A stretch of DNA of 29,601 nt from Candidatus Hodarchaeota archaeon (GCA_029856365.1 JAHQWW010000033.1:1-29601), one strand, 5' to 3'. Positions 17,454 through 27,962 are shown, numbered from the stretch's first letter. The notes: generated from the sequence alone by a model not told the origin. Numbers and translations are program-made.

Positions 17454-20054
17454 ATGTTCCGATTATATTCTAGTTTGAAACCTTTTTATGATAGGTTTCT
17501 TAAGAGGGGCCAGTCTTATGGACTACCTTCTTACGAAATCCATGAAATGGCCCTAAATCTTTTTATTAAATTCCTAGGGGTAATTATTTTAGCACCATGG
17601 GAAAATTGGAGCATTAAAAATCCGAATTCACTCACAGGTACTCGTAAAATTAGAATGTTGATTCATGAAATTCTATTTCAATTAGATGTTCAACGGTCTC
17701 AACTGTTCACTGATAGAATACCACCCATCCTTGATGAAATACTCAAACTATCACCTCAAGAGGCCCAATTTAAGGATTCATTATCATCTGAAGAATGGGA
17801 TGCACTTGTAGAGATGCTTCTCGCACAGCAATGGACAATAGCTGAAAATTTCGATAGCATCTCAGAGGAAGAAAAACAATTTTCTCCTGAATTTCTTTCT
17901 TATTTTTATGAAAATATTCTAAATGATTTTGAAAATTTCTTTCGTTTAACTCCCAAAATTTCAAAGAGAAAACATAAGGGGGTGTTTTATACTCCTTGGC
18001 GTATTATCCGCGAGATTACTAATAAATGTCTCGATTACCATGAGTCAAAAAATTCTCACCTGTTCAAGGACAAGGAAAGAAATGTAAGAATCCTTGATCC
18101 AAGCTGCGGAACGGGCTCATTTCTTCTTTATAGTGCTGATAGCCTTTATCAACGTTATAAAAGGAACCAAAATCTAAATTCTCTCCCTCACGAAATTATT
18201 GAGCGTTGCATTTATGGGATAGACCTTTCTCCAAGCAGTATAACTGTAGCTAAAATTAGATTATTATTTTGGATCCTGAATCTGAGTCCTAATGTTATGG
18301 ATTCACTTCCCTCCTGGCTTTTTAGAAATATTTGTGTTGGAAACAGTCTATTTGGGCTTTGTAAAGAGAGAATTCAATATCCTCTAGATTACTCCGCAGC
18401 TCTTTCGCGGATCAACATGTATTTAAAATCAGATACTGAGAATAATTCAGGAAAATTAACAGGAGTAAGTGAAAACTGGATTATAATAAGTCTTCGGGTT
18501 AAGGAAGAAAAAACTCAGCCATTGTTTTCAAGCTCTCATCGAAGAGAGATTTGTAAAGCTGAAAAAGAACTTTCATCGCTTGTAAATATTTTTTATCAGA
18601 ATTGGTTAAAAAACCGTCTACATAATTTTCCACGTCCTGTTCCCCTAAAGAAAAGAGATCTAAACACAATTCTTCCCTTTCATTGGGGGGTCGCATTTCC
18701 TGAAGTTATTCTCCAAGGTGGATTTGATCTAATAATAGGAAATCCTCCTTATGGAAGGTCAATCCTTTCAAAATCGGAAAAATCTTTGTTGAAATTAGTT
18801 TACAAATCGTGTTCAGGTCAAAATCCCAAAAAGTACAGCTTAAATGCTGCTAGCGCTTTTATTGAAAGATCTATCACTCTTCTGAGACAGAATGGAACAT
18901 TAGGTTTAATTGTCCCGTTTTCTATTCTGAGAGTTGAAGAATTCGAAACTCTGCGTGAATTCATGTTAGAAAGAACAATGATCTGGAGAATTAATGATGA
19001 ATCAGCCGCTTTTACTGATGTTACTCTAGAAATGTGTTCTATCTTCTTATCTAAGAAAATTAAATCTGATTATGAAGTTTCCATCAATCCTCGTCCTAAA
19101 ATTAAAGCAGAACCTAGTGTTCATATTAGTGTTTTTAAAAAGTACAACCGCTTCATGATTTATTATAATAATTTATGGGATAAAGCTACTAGTCAAGGAT
19201 TGGTCTTAAATGGTGTTGTAAGCGGTGATTATGGAATAGATCATAGAATTTTAAAAAAAGATTTAAGCTCTGAATTCACTTCAAAATATCCTATTTGTTA
19301 TTTACATTCTGGACGAAGTGTGGCAAAATTTGCATTAAATCCACAATATTTCCAATGGTCAAAACCTCATCCAACTAATAAGCGTTTCACAACTTATTTT
19401 CGGGAGCCTCGTCTTGTGAACACTGCCATTGGTAATCGATTTAAGGTCGCTTATAAACCAGAAAAGATTATACCTGGTACCAATGTTTCCATATTAGAGA
19501 TTGGAAACTCCTATCACTACTTTCCTATGCTAATCCTATTAAATTCTGACCTTATAAATTATCTTTTAAAGAGATATATTCTTAATTTCAGTCATTTAAC
19601 CGTCTATCTTCACAAATATTATACAAAACTAATTCCAATAAAGTACCCCCATGAATTTGAAGAAGAATTCAAAACTCTTGCTAGTTATCTTATTTTTCTT
19701 AATCAAGCTCATCTCTGTGGGAAATTGCTTATTGATAAAAGAAATGAGTATCTACTTAACTTGGCGAACTATCTAGTTTTTGACCTTTATTTCCCAGAAA
19801 TTTTAGGAATCTCCTCAAACTTAGCGGTCAATGTGGGAAAATACTTGAAGCCCATTGAAATTGAGTCTTTTCTTGATCTAATTCTCTTTCAAGAATCTGA
19901 AACTGATCCAGCAATAATATCTCGGATCATTACTTCAAATTGGAAAATCGTTCGCCACGTTACTAATCGGTTGAGAGAGGATGAGGAAATAAGGCAGTAT
20001 AAGAAGACCATTTTTAATCATAAAATTGTGAAATGTATTCGTAAAGAACTTTAA
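17454..20054 (+). CDS. Large Eco57I/type IIG-like N6-adenine DNA methyltransferase without a recognisable nuclease domain
   Basis: KGVFYTP, ILDPSCGTGSFL, YGIDL, GNSL, FHWGVAFPEV...GGFDLIIGNPPYG, FIERSI, and a TaqI_C-like C-terminus (LLNSDLINY). Confidence 0.9.
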   Translation: MFRLYSSLKPFYDRFLKRGQSYGLPSYEIHEMALNLFIKFLGVIILAPWENWSIKNPNSLTGTRKIRMLIHEILFQLDVQRSQLFTDRIPPILDEILKLSPQEAQFKDSLSSEEWDALVEMLLAQQWTIAENFDSISEEEKQFSPEFLSYFYENILNDFENFFRLTPKISKRKHKGVFYTPWRIIREITNKCLDYHESKNSHLFKDKERNVRILDPSCGTGSFLLYSADSLYQRYKRNQNLNSLPHEIIERCIYGIDLSPSSITVAKIRLLFWILNLSPNVMDSLPSWLFRNICVGNSLFGLCKERIQYPLDYSAALSRINMYLKSDTENNSGKLTGVSENWIIISLRVKEEKTQPLFSSSHRREICKAEKELSSLVNIFYQNWLKNRLHNFPRPVPLKKRDLNTILPFHWGVAFPEVILQGGFDLIIGNPPYGRSILSKSEKSLLKLVYKSCSGQNPKKYSLNAASAFIERSITLLRQNGTLGLIVPFSILRVEEFETLREFMLERTMIWRINDESAAFTDVTLEMCSIFLSKKIKSDYEVSINPRPKIKAEPSVHISVFKKYNRFMIYYNNLWDKATSQGLVLNGVVSGDYGIDHRILKKDLSSEFTSKYPICYLHSGRSVAKFALNPQYFQWSKPHPTNKRFTTYFREPRLVNTAIGNRFKVAYKPEKIIPGTNVSILEIGNSYHYFPMLILLNSDLINYLLKRYILNFSHLTVYLHKYYTKLIPIKYPHEFEEEFKTLASYLIFLNQAHLCGKLLIDKRNEYLLNLANYLVFDLYFPEILGISSNLAVNVGKYLKPIEIESFLDLILFQESETDPAIISRIITSNWKIVRHVTNRLREDEEIRQYKKTIFNHKIVKCIRKEL

Positions 20055-20289
20055 TTGATTTATATTTTCTTGAAATATTGCATGGTGCTATAGGAGATTT
20101 GATATCGTATAGCTGCAGAATCAACTAGGAATACCCTTGTTTCTTTTTTCATAGCAAAAAAGGCCCTATTTAATAACCATTCTTTATGTAAAAAGTGGTA
20201 TTGACTCCTTCTGGATATATCAATCCTAGTTTATATTCACCTCCTAATGAAAATTTAAAAGAATTAGGACAGAAAACACCAAGGACTAC

Positions 20290-21051
20290 CTAGTAGAAAC
20301 CGTCAATAAAAGAACGTACATTTTTACCAAGAACATTATGATTATATCCACCTTCTAAAACAGCAAACCTTCTGCCTTCACATTTATCTTTTGAGAACTT
20401 TTTAATGATTTTACCGATGGTATGATAATCTCCAGTTGTTAATAATCCACCCCAATCATCTTTGTGCCTATCAAAGCCAGCTGATACAGCAATTAGATCA
20501 ACATTTACTGTATTATCGCAAAAATCCTTCAGATTTTGGATAAATTGGGTTCTAGTACCCCCTCTCACATGATAATAGACTACTTCAGGTGAAGCAGAGA
20601 AAGTATTACTGGTACCATCCCCAAAATGCATATCAAAATCTATTATTGCAGCTTTGTTAATTTTCTTGTCGTAGAGAAGTTTTTTAACTCCAATCGCAAT
20701 ATTATTAAAATAGCAAAATCCCCAAAATCCTTCAGGGCTCGCGTGATGCCCTGGGGGTCGTATAAGAGCAAACATAGCTTCACGATACTTACATGTATAT
20801 TCACTTGCGAGAAGCGCTCCTCCAGCAGCAAGTAATGCCATAGGATAGACTTGTCCTCGAGACAACTTTACACGTGAAAGATGAGTTTCAGTATGAACTA
20901 GTAAAATCTCTCTATCTTTCGATGGTTTGGGATTTATAAATTTACAATCTTGCAATTCTTTAATAATAGCTTCCATACGACCTGCATCAGCTGCAGGATC
21001 GGATGTATAGACTTTACAATAATCCTCATGAAATACAATTTGTTTTTTCAT
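20290..21051 (-). CDS. Zn-dependent histone deacetylase family protein (compact)
   Basis: RPPGHHA, GFCYFNN, DFDMHFGDGT, SAGFD and LEGGY. Catalytic and Zn-binding residues appear intact. Confidence 0.93.
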   Translation of the reverse strand: MKKQIVFHEDYCKVYTSDPAADAGRMEAIIKELQDCKFINPKPSKDREILLVHTETHLSRVKLSRGQVYPMALLAAGGALLASEYTCKYREAMFALIRPPGHHASPEGFWGFCYFNNIAIGVKKLLYDKKINKAAIIDFDMHFGDGTSNTFSASPEVVYYHVRGGTRTQFIQNLKDFCDNTVNVDLIAVSAGFDRHKDDWGGLLTTGDYHTIGKIIKKFSKDKCEGRRFAVLEGGYNHNVLGKNVRSFIDGFY

Positions 21052-21056
21052 TGATA

Positions 21057-23417
21057 TTATCTCTTTTCTTTTGCTAATCTCCAGTTGATCTCAAATTTAA
21101 GTATTTCTCGGATTCTAAAAATATCATTTGGAGTCAAACCTAGACATTCTATAAGTATTAATTTATTAAGCTTCTCTTGAATTTTTGAATATTCTGAATT
21201 TAAACTATCGACATTACTGAGAGAATCTATTTTTAAGCTACCAAGCATATTGACAAGAGTTTGGAAGCGTTTGTTTGTTCCTTTAGGAATTTTTCGTGGA
21301 TCAAGTACAAGTAGATTTTGACATTCTTGAAGAGAAAGTTTTAATGAACCAAGACCGAGAGTTCGTGTACCCTGTATCTCCCGAAGTAATATCCCTAAAG
21401 TTGAATTGAAGAAACCAAGAAGGAAAAAAACCCAGTCTCGATTATTTGCCCAAAAACCGATCCATTGCTTATCAATGTGGAGGTTATCACGATTGTATGC
21501 TACAAAAGATCGTTTATAAGTCATATTCGGGAATAATATATCTGGTTGAATTAATGGTACCTGATACCAATTATCTATTGTTTTATTCTTGAAATAAGGT
21601 CGTTTTAATATAATATTTTGAATACTATAGACATAGTCACGAAGCTTGCTGGAACTGCGTTCTGATAATTTTTCAGGGATATATAGAAAATGTTTCATAT
21701 TTTCCTTGTTAGGGGAGAAAATTGTTTGCCATTCTTTCGGGGATTTCGTCATAAGATATATGTTTTCCTTAGGAATATCATAATTATTAATTGTTTCTTT
21801 ATCGAGATAAAAAAAACGATTTGCTCCTGTCGTTGACCCCATCTCTAATTTCCCCACTTCTTTCAATAAACAAAAGTGATCCTTCTTTTTAATAAGTAAA
21901 TTTAGGAGAAATGGAGACATTGTTAAATAATCAAACCTGATTATAGGAAATGATTTTCTAGAATTAATTAACAGAGGGGTCACATCTGATACTTGAATAA
22001 ATCTAAAAAGATCCTTTTCTACTGCTTTAATCTCCAATTTCCAGTCTTGATTATCAAGTACAATGATTTCTAAATCATTTATGTCTAGAATTGAACTTTC
22101 AATTTGTAATAAAGATTTAACTGGGGCATTCCAAACAATAAAGTTCATGGTTTTTGGCTTAGTATGATCTTTGACTTTATGACCTAATATAATATGGGTA
22201 CGAATCTCTGCACTCTTCCAAACTTCTAATGGTAATTCTATGATTAGATCTAAATTGAAATAAGATGATAAAATTCGTTTGAGAGGTGTTGCATAACGAG
22301 AAGAAAACCACGCTCTTGATAGTACAAATGAAATAACACCTCTGTTGCTTAGATGGGTTATCGCTTTTAACCAAAAATAAATATATAAATCTGCTTTTTT
22401 ATCCCATTTGAATGATATTTTTGGAAAAAATGACTTGAGATCTTGATGAAATTGAGATTTACCTTTTAGTCCCTTAATAGAAGTAGTGCTGAGCCAATGG
22501 TGTCTGATATAAGGAGGATTTCCAATAATAATATCAAATTTTAAAAAAGAGGAGCTTCTCTCTGAAATGAAATTTTTTTTGTATATTTGAAGCTCTTTAT
22601 CAACAAAAATCGATATTTCTTTTTCTGAATACGTGGTAAATTGAAAATATTGTTGTGTAAGTATGATTTTAGCAAGATTGATATTATCGGAGTCGATGTC
22701 ATATCCATAAAGACGCGAAAAAATTCCCCGTGTTATTTTTAATTTTTCTCCTGTTGATATATTCTTATATGTTGGATTGTTCATAATAAGCAAAATTAAA
22801 AGTTGAGACATTTCTGCAAGAAAAATTCCTGTACCACAGCTTGGATCTAAGATCTTGATGGATGTTAGAATATGAGCTATTTGGTGACAATCCTTCATTC
22901 GAAGATCCAAAGGATACTTACTTTGAAATACAATTTGATAAAGTGTCTTATCATCTATATCCAAGCTGATTCTATCACGAAGAAAGAAGAATAAGGAATA
23001 ATAGCATATTAATTTAATTTGATTTCTGGGAGTGAAAAATACTCCAGAAATCTTTCGTTTTTTCGGTGTACCCAACGATTCATGAAAATTGGACAAAGTA
23101 TAGAGCTTAACAGGGTTATTTTCGATGTCGATTTGTTCAAGGATGTGCCACCACCAATCTTCTTTTAATAAATAATCTCTCATCAATGAATTCGTTTTAA
23201 ACTGAAAAAAGTTTTTTAGCCATCTCATCTCCCAAGAATCAGCTTTGTGACACAATTGATTCACAAATTCCTTTTTAGTTGACAATAACATTTGATTCAA
23301 ATATGGAAATAAAAAGAAAAGACTAATGATCAATCTGAAAAATCTTTTCATTTGTGGAGACTTTTGAGAACGTTCTTCTATTTGTGTACAGCAATCAATC
23401 CACCTAATTCTTTTCAT
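21057..23417 (-). CDS. Eco57I-like N6-adenine DNA methyltransferase
   Basis: SGVFFTP, ILDPSCGTGIFL, YGYDID, FDIIIGNPPYIR, ADLYIYF, TGANRFFYL, FFNST, GLGSL. Confidence 0.9.
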   Translation of the reverse strand: MKRIRWIDCCTQIEERSQKSPQMKRFFRLIISLFFLFPYLNQMLLSTKKEFVNQLCHKADSWEMRWLKNFFQFKTNSLMRDYLLKEDWWWHILEQIDIENNPVKLYTLSNFHESLGTPKKRKISGVFFTPRNQIKLICYYSLFFFLRDRISLDIDDKTLYQIVFQSKYPLDLRMKDCHQIAHILTSIKILDPSCGTGIFLAEMSQLLILLIMNNPTYKNISTGEKLKITRGIFSRLYGYDIDSDNINLAKIILTQQYFQFTTYSEKEISIFVDKELQIYKKNFISERSSSFLKFDIIIGNPPYIRHHWLSTTSIKGLKGKSQFHQDLKSFFPKISFKWDKKADLYIYFWLKAITHLSNRGVISFVLSRAWFSSRYATPLKRILSSYFNLDLIIELPLEVWKSAEIRTHIILGHKVKDHTKPKTMNFIVWNAPVKSLLQIESSILDINDLEIIVLDNQDWKLEIKAVEKDLFRFIQVSDVTPLLINSRKSFPIIRFDYLTMSPFLLNLLIKKKDHFCLLKEVGKLEMGSTTGANRFFYLDKETINNYDIPKENIYLMTKSPKEWQTIFSPNKENMKHFLYIPEKLSERSSSKLRDYVYSIQNIILKRPYFKNKTIDNWYQVPLIQPDILFPNMTYKRSFVAYNRDNLHIDKQWIGFWANNRDWVFFLLGFFNSTLGILLREIQGTRTLGLGSLKLSLQECQNLLVLDPRKIPKGTNKRFQTLVNMLGSLKIDSLSNVDSLNSEYSKIQEKLNKLILIECLGLTPNDIFRIREILKFEINWRLAKEKR

Positions 23418-23477
23418 TAGAATTATTTCCTATATCTAATTCTTGAGAGCTTAATAATTCTATTCTGAATCATTGAT

Positions 23478-23969
23478 CTATTGAGTTTGATTTATTACAT
23501 CGAGGTTGGGGGATCCGTCAGGTAAGAGGAGATTTTTCTTCATTAGTTGGATTAGAACACCATGAGCGGATTTAGGATGAAAAAATACTGATAGAACCTC
23601 TTCTGTAGGAGTTCTTCCTGCAAGTGGAAACCCCGCTTCTTCAAACGTTTCTATTGAGCTTAAAATATCATCAGATTCAAAAGCAATATGAAATAACCCC
23701 TCACCTTTTTTTTCTAGATACCTCTTTGTTGGGCCTTCTGAGAGGGGGAAAACAAGTTCTATATAGCAATTATTTCCGAGAGGAATGAAAGCATAATCAA
23801 ACTCCTCCTCTTCACCTTTTCCAGTGATATAATATTGTGTATGGATTTGAATATCACCGCTATCATGTCCAAATGCCCTACAATACTTTTCAATAGCGAG
23901 TTTCAAATCATGGACGACAATTCCAACATGATGAAAGTTTGTATTCAAGTTCAAAAACTCCAATGCCAA
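23478..23969 (-). CDS. VOC family protein, methylmalonyl-CoA epimerase-like
   Basis: HHVGIVV, IELV, RYLEKKGEGLFHIAF, FFHPKSAHGVLIQL. Confidence 0.85.
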   Translation of the reverse strand: MALEFLNLNTNFHHVGIVVHDLKLAIEKYCRAFGHDSGDIQIHTQYYITGKGEEEEFDYAFIPLGNNCYIELVFPLSEGPTKRYLEKKGEGLFHIAFESDDILSSIETFEEAGFPLAGRTPTEEVLSVFFHPKSAHGVLIQLMKKNLLLPDGSPNLDVINQTQ

Positions 23970-24067
23970 ATTTGAATTAATATCCTTAATTATTACAGAT
24001 TGATCATAAATTATCGGGACTGATAATTATTCCAGCAAAGAATTTAATTATGTGTCTATTGGATTGA

Positions 24068-25306
24068 TTGTGTATGAAAGCACTTCGATTTCATGCGAAT
24101 ATTCCTAGATATATAACAACAAAACTACTAGGAAAAATAACTAAAGCCGCCTATTTGAGTTTTTTTCCTCCAACTAGATTAGATGATATACCTGAACTAG
24201 AGATTCGAAATGGATGGGTGAAGATAGAAACTAAATATGCAGGAATTTGTGGTTCGGATGTAAATACTATCCTATTACGAGAAAGTCCGCTTTTAGAACC
24301 GTTGTGTTCCTTTCCTGCAGTACTTGGTCACGAAAACGTTGGAATAGTTGCAGAGATAGGTCCAAATGTGACTGGTATAAATGTAGGAGATCGTATTGTA
24401 CTGGATCCCATTCTAAGTTGTCAAACTCGAGGAATCACACCAACTTGCCAAAATTGTGAGAATGGGGATACTATTCGATGTGATAACTTCGATTTAGGAG
24501 ACCTTAGTCCTGCATTTGATACAGGTTGGTGCCATGATACAGGAGGAGCCTTTAGTCGTTATTATCTTGCACATAAAACACAAGTATACAAAGTCCCTGA
24601 TATTGTTACTGATGAAAATGCTGTCTTAGTTGAACCTTTCACAATAGGAATTCATGCAGTTTTACGACATTTACCTAGGCCTAATGCAACCGTAATCGTT
24701 ATGGGTACAGGTGTTATTGGTTTAATGGTTATAACGGCCCTCAGAGCATTAGGAAGTAAAATCAAGATAATTGCAATCGATAAAAGTGAATATCAAGGAA
24801 AATTAGCGATAGAAAAAGCAGGAGCGGATATTTTTATACAAGTTAAAAAGAGATACTACCAAAAAATTGCAGAAGAGTTTAATGGTAGGATATATAAGCC
24901 CATTTTAGAGAAAAAGGAGTTAATTGTTGGAGGAGGAGCTGACATTGTTTTTGAATGTGTTGGAATACCGAGTACTATTGAAGATGCTTTACGATTTATC
25001 AAGACTGGAGGGCAGATGATTTTAATTGGAAATCCGCATAAAATAAATATTGACTGGTCATTAATTTGGTCTAGAGAATTACAAGTATTAGGATCATTTG
25101 CTTCCTCAATGGAAAAAGATGAATCTGGATCAATGAAACATGCGTTTAAAATCGCACTAGATCTAATGGTTTCAGGGAAGGTTGACCTTTCATGGATGAT
25201 AACTCATAAATTCAGTTTTCCTAGGGAGTATAAGAAGGCTTTCAAATATTCAATGAACAAAGGAAGATATAAAGTAGTTAAAGCAATCTTTGCTTTTAAT
25301 GAATAA
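24068..25306 (+). CDS. Zinc-dependent alcohol dehydrogenase (MDR family)
   Basis: GICGSD, LGHE, four-Cys structural Zn lobe (CQTRG...CQNC...C), VEP, Rossmann GTGVIG. Likely start ATG 24074. Confidence 0.92.
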   Translation: MCMKALRFHANIPRYITTKLLGKITKAAYLSFFPPTRLDDIPELEIRNGWVKIETKYAGICGSDVNTILLRESPLLEPLCSFPAVLGHENVGIVAEIGPNVTGINVGDRIVLDPILSCQTRGITPTCQNCENGDTIRCDNFDLGDLSPAFDTGWCHDTGGAFSRYYLAHKTQVYKVPDIVTDENAVLVEPFTIGIHAVLRHLPRPNATVIVMGTGVIGLMVITALRALGSKIKIIAIDKSEYQGKLAIEKAGADIFIQVKKRYYQKIAEEFNGRIYKPILEKKELIVGGGADIVFECVGIPSTIEDALRFIKTGGQMILIGNPHKINIDWSLIWSRELQVLGSFASSMEKDESGSMKHAFKIALDLMVSGKVDLSWMITHKFSFPREYKKAFKYSMNKGRYKVVKAIFAFNE

Positions 25307-25333
25307 AAAAAAAGAGTTTAATGATGCAAGGCG

Positions 25334-27049
25334 CTAATCTAAACATCCTTCTAACCATATTCCTGCAAGTGTTTCAAAATCAGGAGGCTCAAGATTAATT
25401 TCTCTATCAACGACTATATCAAGAACAGCTGGAACCCCAGAATCACTAGCTTTCTCTAAGGCTGGCTTAATGGCATTAGGTTCACTCACACGAATACCAA
25501 AACAATCCATTGATTCAGCTAACTTATCATAACGAACATCAAAGAAATCGACGCCTATATACCGTTGTTCATAAGCGATCTTTTGACCAGCTTTGATCAT
25601 ACCATATGCTCTGTCATTCGCGACAATAATGACAATTGGTAGCTTCAATCGACGAGCTGTCTCTAGTTCTTGGACATTAAACATAAAGGAGCCATCACCC
25701 ATGATTGCGTACACTTTCTTATCGGGTTTAGCTAATTGTGCAGCAATTGCATATCCAATTCCTACTCCAAGGTGTCCTGAATCACTTGGCCATAAGAAAG
25801 TGTTGGGTTCATAAATCCTATTTAAATAATGAGCCCAAACACCAGTGTTTCCACCATCTACAATTGAGATAGCATCTCGAGGGAAGAAATCTCTCACTTC
25901 TTGGATAACTCTGAGCGGATGAATTGGTGTTTGATCTGACTTTCCTTGCTTTAAAAAATCCTTTAACCATTCATCTTGAGCTCCATGGCATTCTTCTACC
26001 CATGAAGATGGCTTGCGAGGTCGTTCATGCGATTTTATCACTTCTATAAGTTGTTTTACTGTAGACTTTGCGTCTCCGATAATACCCAATTGCACTGGAC
26101 GGTTTAATCCAATCATTTCAGGATCAATATCGATCTGAATTACTTTCTGTGGTTCTTGTTCTCCCCAAAAAGGTGGGCGTCCCCAATTATCTAAATCACC
26201 AAAGCGACCACCAATTAACACAATTAGATCTGCCCCAGATTGAGCTGCAATAGCACCATAACCAGCTGGTAATAATAGTAATGGATGGTCATCAGGAAGA
26301 ACCCCACGAGCAAAAACTGTGCTAGTAACTGGACATTGTAAATGTTCAGCTAGGGCTTGAATTTCACCACTAGCATTAGATCGAAGAGCGCCTCCTCCGA
26401 CATGAATTAATGGATACTCTGCTTTCATTATTAAATCAGCAGCCTTTTCAATCAGATCATGTTGGGCAACTGGATTCAGTAAGCAGCGATAATTCTCGGG
26501 TTTCGACACGGGAAGCATGAGTTCCGAGATATCATTCTTTTCAAATAAAACATCGGAAGGGACATCAAGTAAGACTGGTCCAGGTCTACCAGAAATGGCC
26601 ACTCGAAAAGCCCATTGCACTAAGCTTGGGATTCGCTTCCAAGGAGAAACAACAGCTTGCCATTTTGTAATTGGTTTGAAAAGATTAATTTGGTCCAGGT
26701 CTTGTGTCATCCCATGCCCTGGGTAAATATTCCACGTTTGATTTTGAGCTGTAATAATTACCATTGGGATGCTATCAGCGAATGCCGCATATACACCAGG
26801 TACTAAGTCAGCTGCACCTGGACCAACAGTGCCTAAACAAACCCCTGGTCTACTAGTTACTCGAGCCCATGCGTCAGCCGCATTTGCACAAGATTGTTCA
26901 TGTCTAAAAGTCACGAAATCAATGGAATCCTCTTTATAAATCGCATCTAGTATTGGATATAGCTGATCTCCAGGTATTCCAAATACAAATTTCACTCCCT
27001 CTTCTTTAAGACAGTCTATTATTACTTCTCCACCAGTCTTTTGAACCAT
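25334..27049 (-). CDS. Thiamine-diphosphate-dependent enzyme, acetolactate synthase large-subunit-like family
   Basis: FGIPG, FRHEQ, GPG, GRPGPV, QIDID, ThDP motif GDGSFMFN...NDRAYGMI. ATG 27049 is preferred over the ORF-track GTG 27061. Confidence 0.9.
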   Translation of the reverse strand: MVQKTGGEVIIDCLKEEGVKFVFGIPGDQLYPILDAIYKEDSIDFVTFRHEQSCANAADAWARVTSRPGVCLGTVGPGAADLVPGVYAAFADSIPMVIITAQNQTWNIYPGHGMTQDLDQINLFKPITKWQAVVSPWKRIPSLVQWAFRVAISGRPGPVLLDVPSDVLFEKNDISELMLPVSKPENYRCLLNPVAQHDLIEKAADLIMKAEYPLIHVGGGALRSNASGEIQALAEHLQCPVTSTVFARGVLPDDHPLLLLPAGYGAIAAQSGADLIVLIGGRFGDLDNWGRPPFWGEQEPQKVIQIDIDPEMIGLNRPVQLGIIGDAKSTVKQLIEVIKSHERPRKPSSWVEECHGAQDEWLKDFLKQGKSDQTPIHPLRVIQEVRDFFPRDAISIVDGGNTGVWAHYLNRIYEPNTFLWPSDSGHLGVGIGYAIAAQLAKPDKKVYAIMGDGSFMFNVQELETARRLKLPIVIIVANDRAYGMIKAGQKIAYEQRYIGVDFFDVRYDKLAESMDCFGIRVSEPNAIKPALEKASDSGVPAVLDIVVDREINLEPPDFETLAGIWLEGCLD

Positions 27050-27270
27050 AATTTTAGTCACACCTTGATTAAATTTAAAATTATTGCAGTTTTAGTTGAG
27101 TAGGCCTTATTCTATAGATCTTAATAGATTAAATAGCATCATATTTATCAAAATAAATAATTTGATATTAAAGGGTTAATCTTTACCTTATGAATAAAAT
27201 CCTTTATTATCTAAAAGGAGTTCTAGAATGTCTCTAAACCTATTTTTAACTTTATCACTTGTTTATTCAG

Positions 27271-27894
27271 TTAACTATTTACAGGTGGATAAGCAAATAT
27301 CGAATAGACATATCCTTCAGATTCCTCAAGAATCTTAGAAACATCGGCTTTTGAAATCTCTTGAATTATTTGCGAGGTTAGTGAGTAAAATCGTAAGAAT
27401 TGCTCTTTTTTAAGAAAAAGTACGTCACAAATTGGTTTTTTCTCTTTGTAATATTCATTGAATTTATCATCTGACATATTACGATAAGTTCGAATTGCTT
27501 CAACTAATGCCCCGATTGCAATGTACATTTCAGCAAGAAATGCAAGCCTGGGGTTGTCTTCAATGAGAACCTTCCATTCAGGTTCTTTCTTCAGTTGAAA
27601 AAATTGTGGATTGATATAGAAAATCTTTCGACTCAAATTCGTGCCAGGTACAGGTTCTCTTTTCATTGAAAGAATTCCCACATCTTCAAGCTTGTTGAGA
27701 TGATAGTAAATGGTGTTCCCCTTAATATTAAGAACTGTTCTTAGATAGTCAACTGTTACTTCCTTTTCGCGTAAGATGATGAAAAAAAGAGCCATGCGTG
27801 TTGTGCCTTCTATAGAGTCCTCTACAGAGTCTTCTATAGTTTTAAGAAATTTTTCGAGTTGAGAATATTGTTCGGAACTTTCTTGGTTCTCCAT
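27271..27894 (-). CDS. Winged helix-turn-helix (ArsR-like) transcriptional regulator
   Basis: TRMALFFIIL...TVDYLRTVLNIKGNTIYYHLNKLEDVGIL...RKIFYIN. Confidence 0.8.
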   Translation of the reverse strand: MENQESSEQYSQLEKFLKTIEDSVEDSIEGTTRMALFFIILREKEVTVDYLRTVLNIKGNTIYYHLNKLEDVGILSMKREPVPGTNLSRKIFYINPQFFQLKKEPEWKVLIEDNPRLAFLAEMYIAIGALVEAIRTYRNMSDDKFNEYYKEKKPICDVLFLKKEQFLRFYSLTSQIIQEISKADVSKILEESEGYVYSIFAYPPVNS

Positions 27895-27962
27895 GAGAGG
27901 ATACCCCTATATTTACTAAGTAATTCAGATTTAACTGAAATCAAAAAGTATTTAAACTTTTT

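Noticed and set aside
13549-23417. Interpretation as a BREX/DISARM or classic restriction-modification defence island
   Set aside because: No PglZ, BrxC, helicase, nuclease, specificity subunit or mobility genes are visible.
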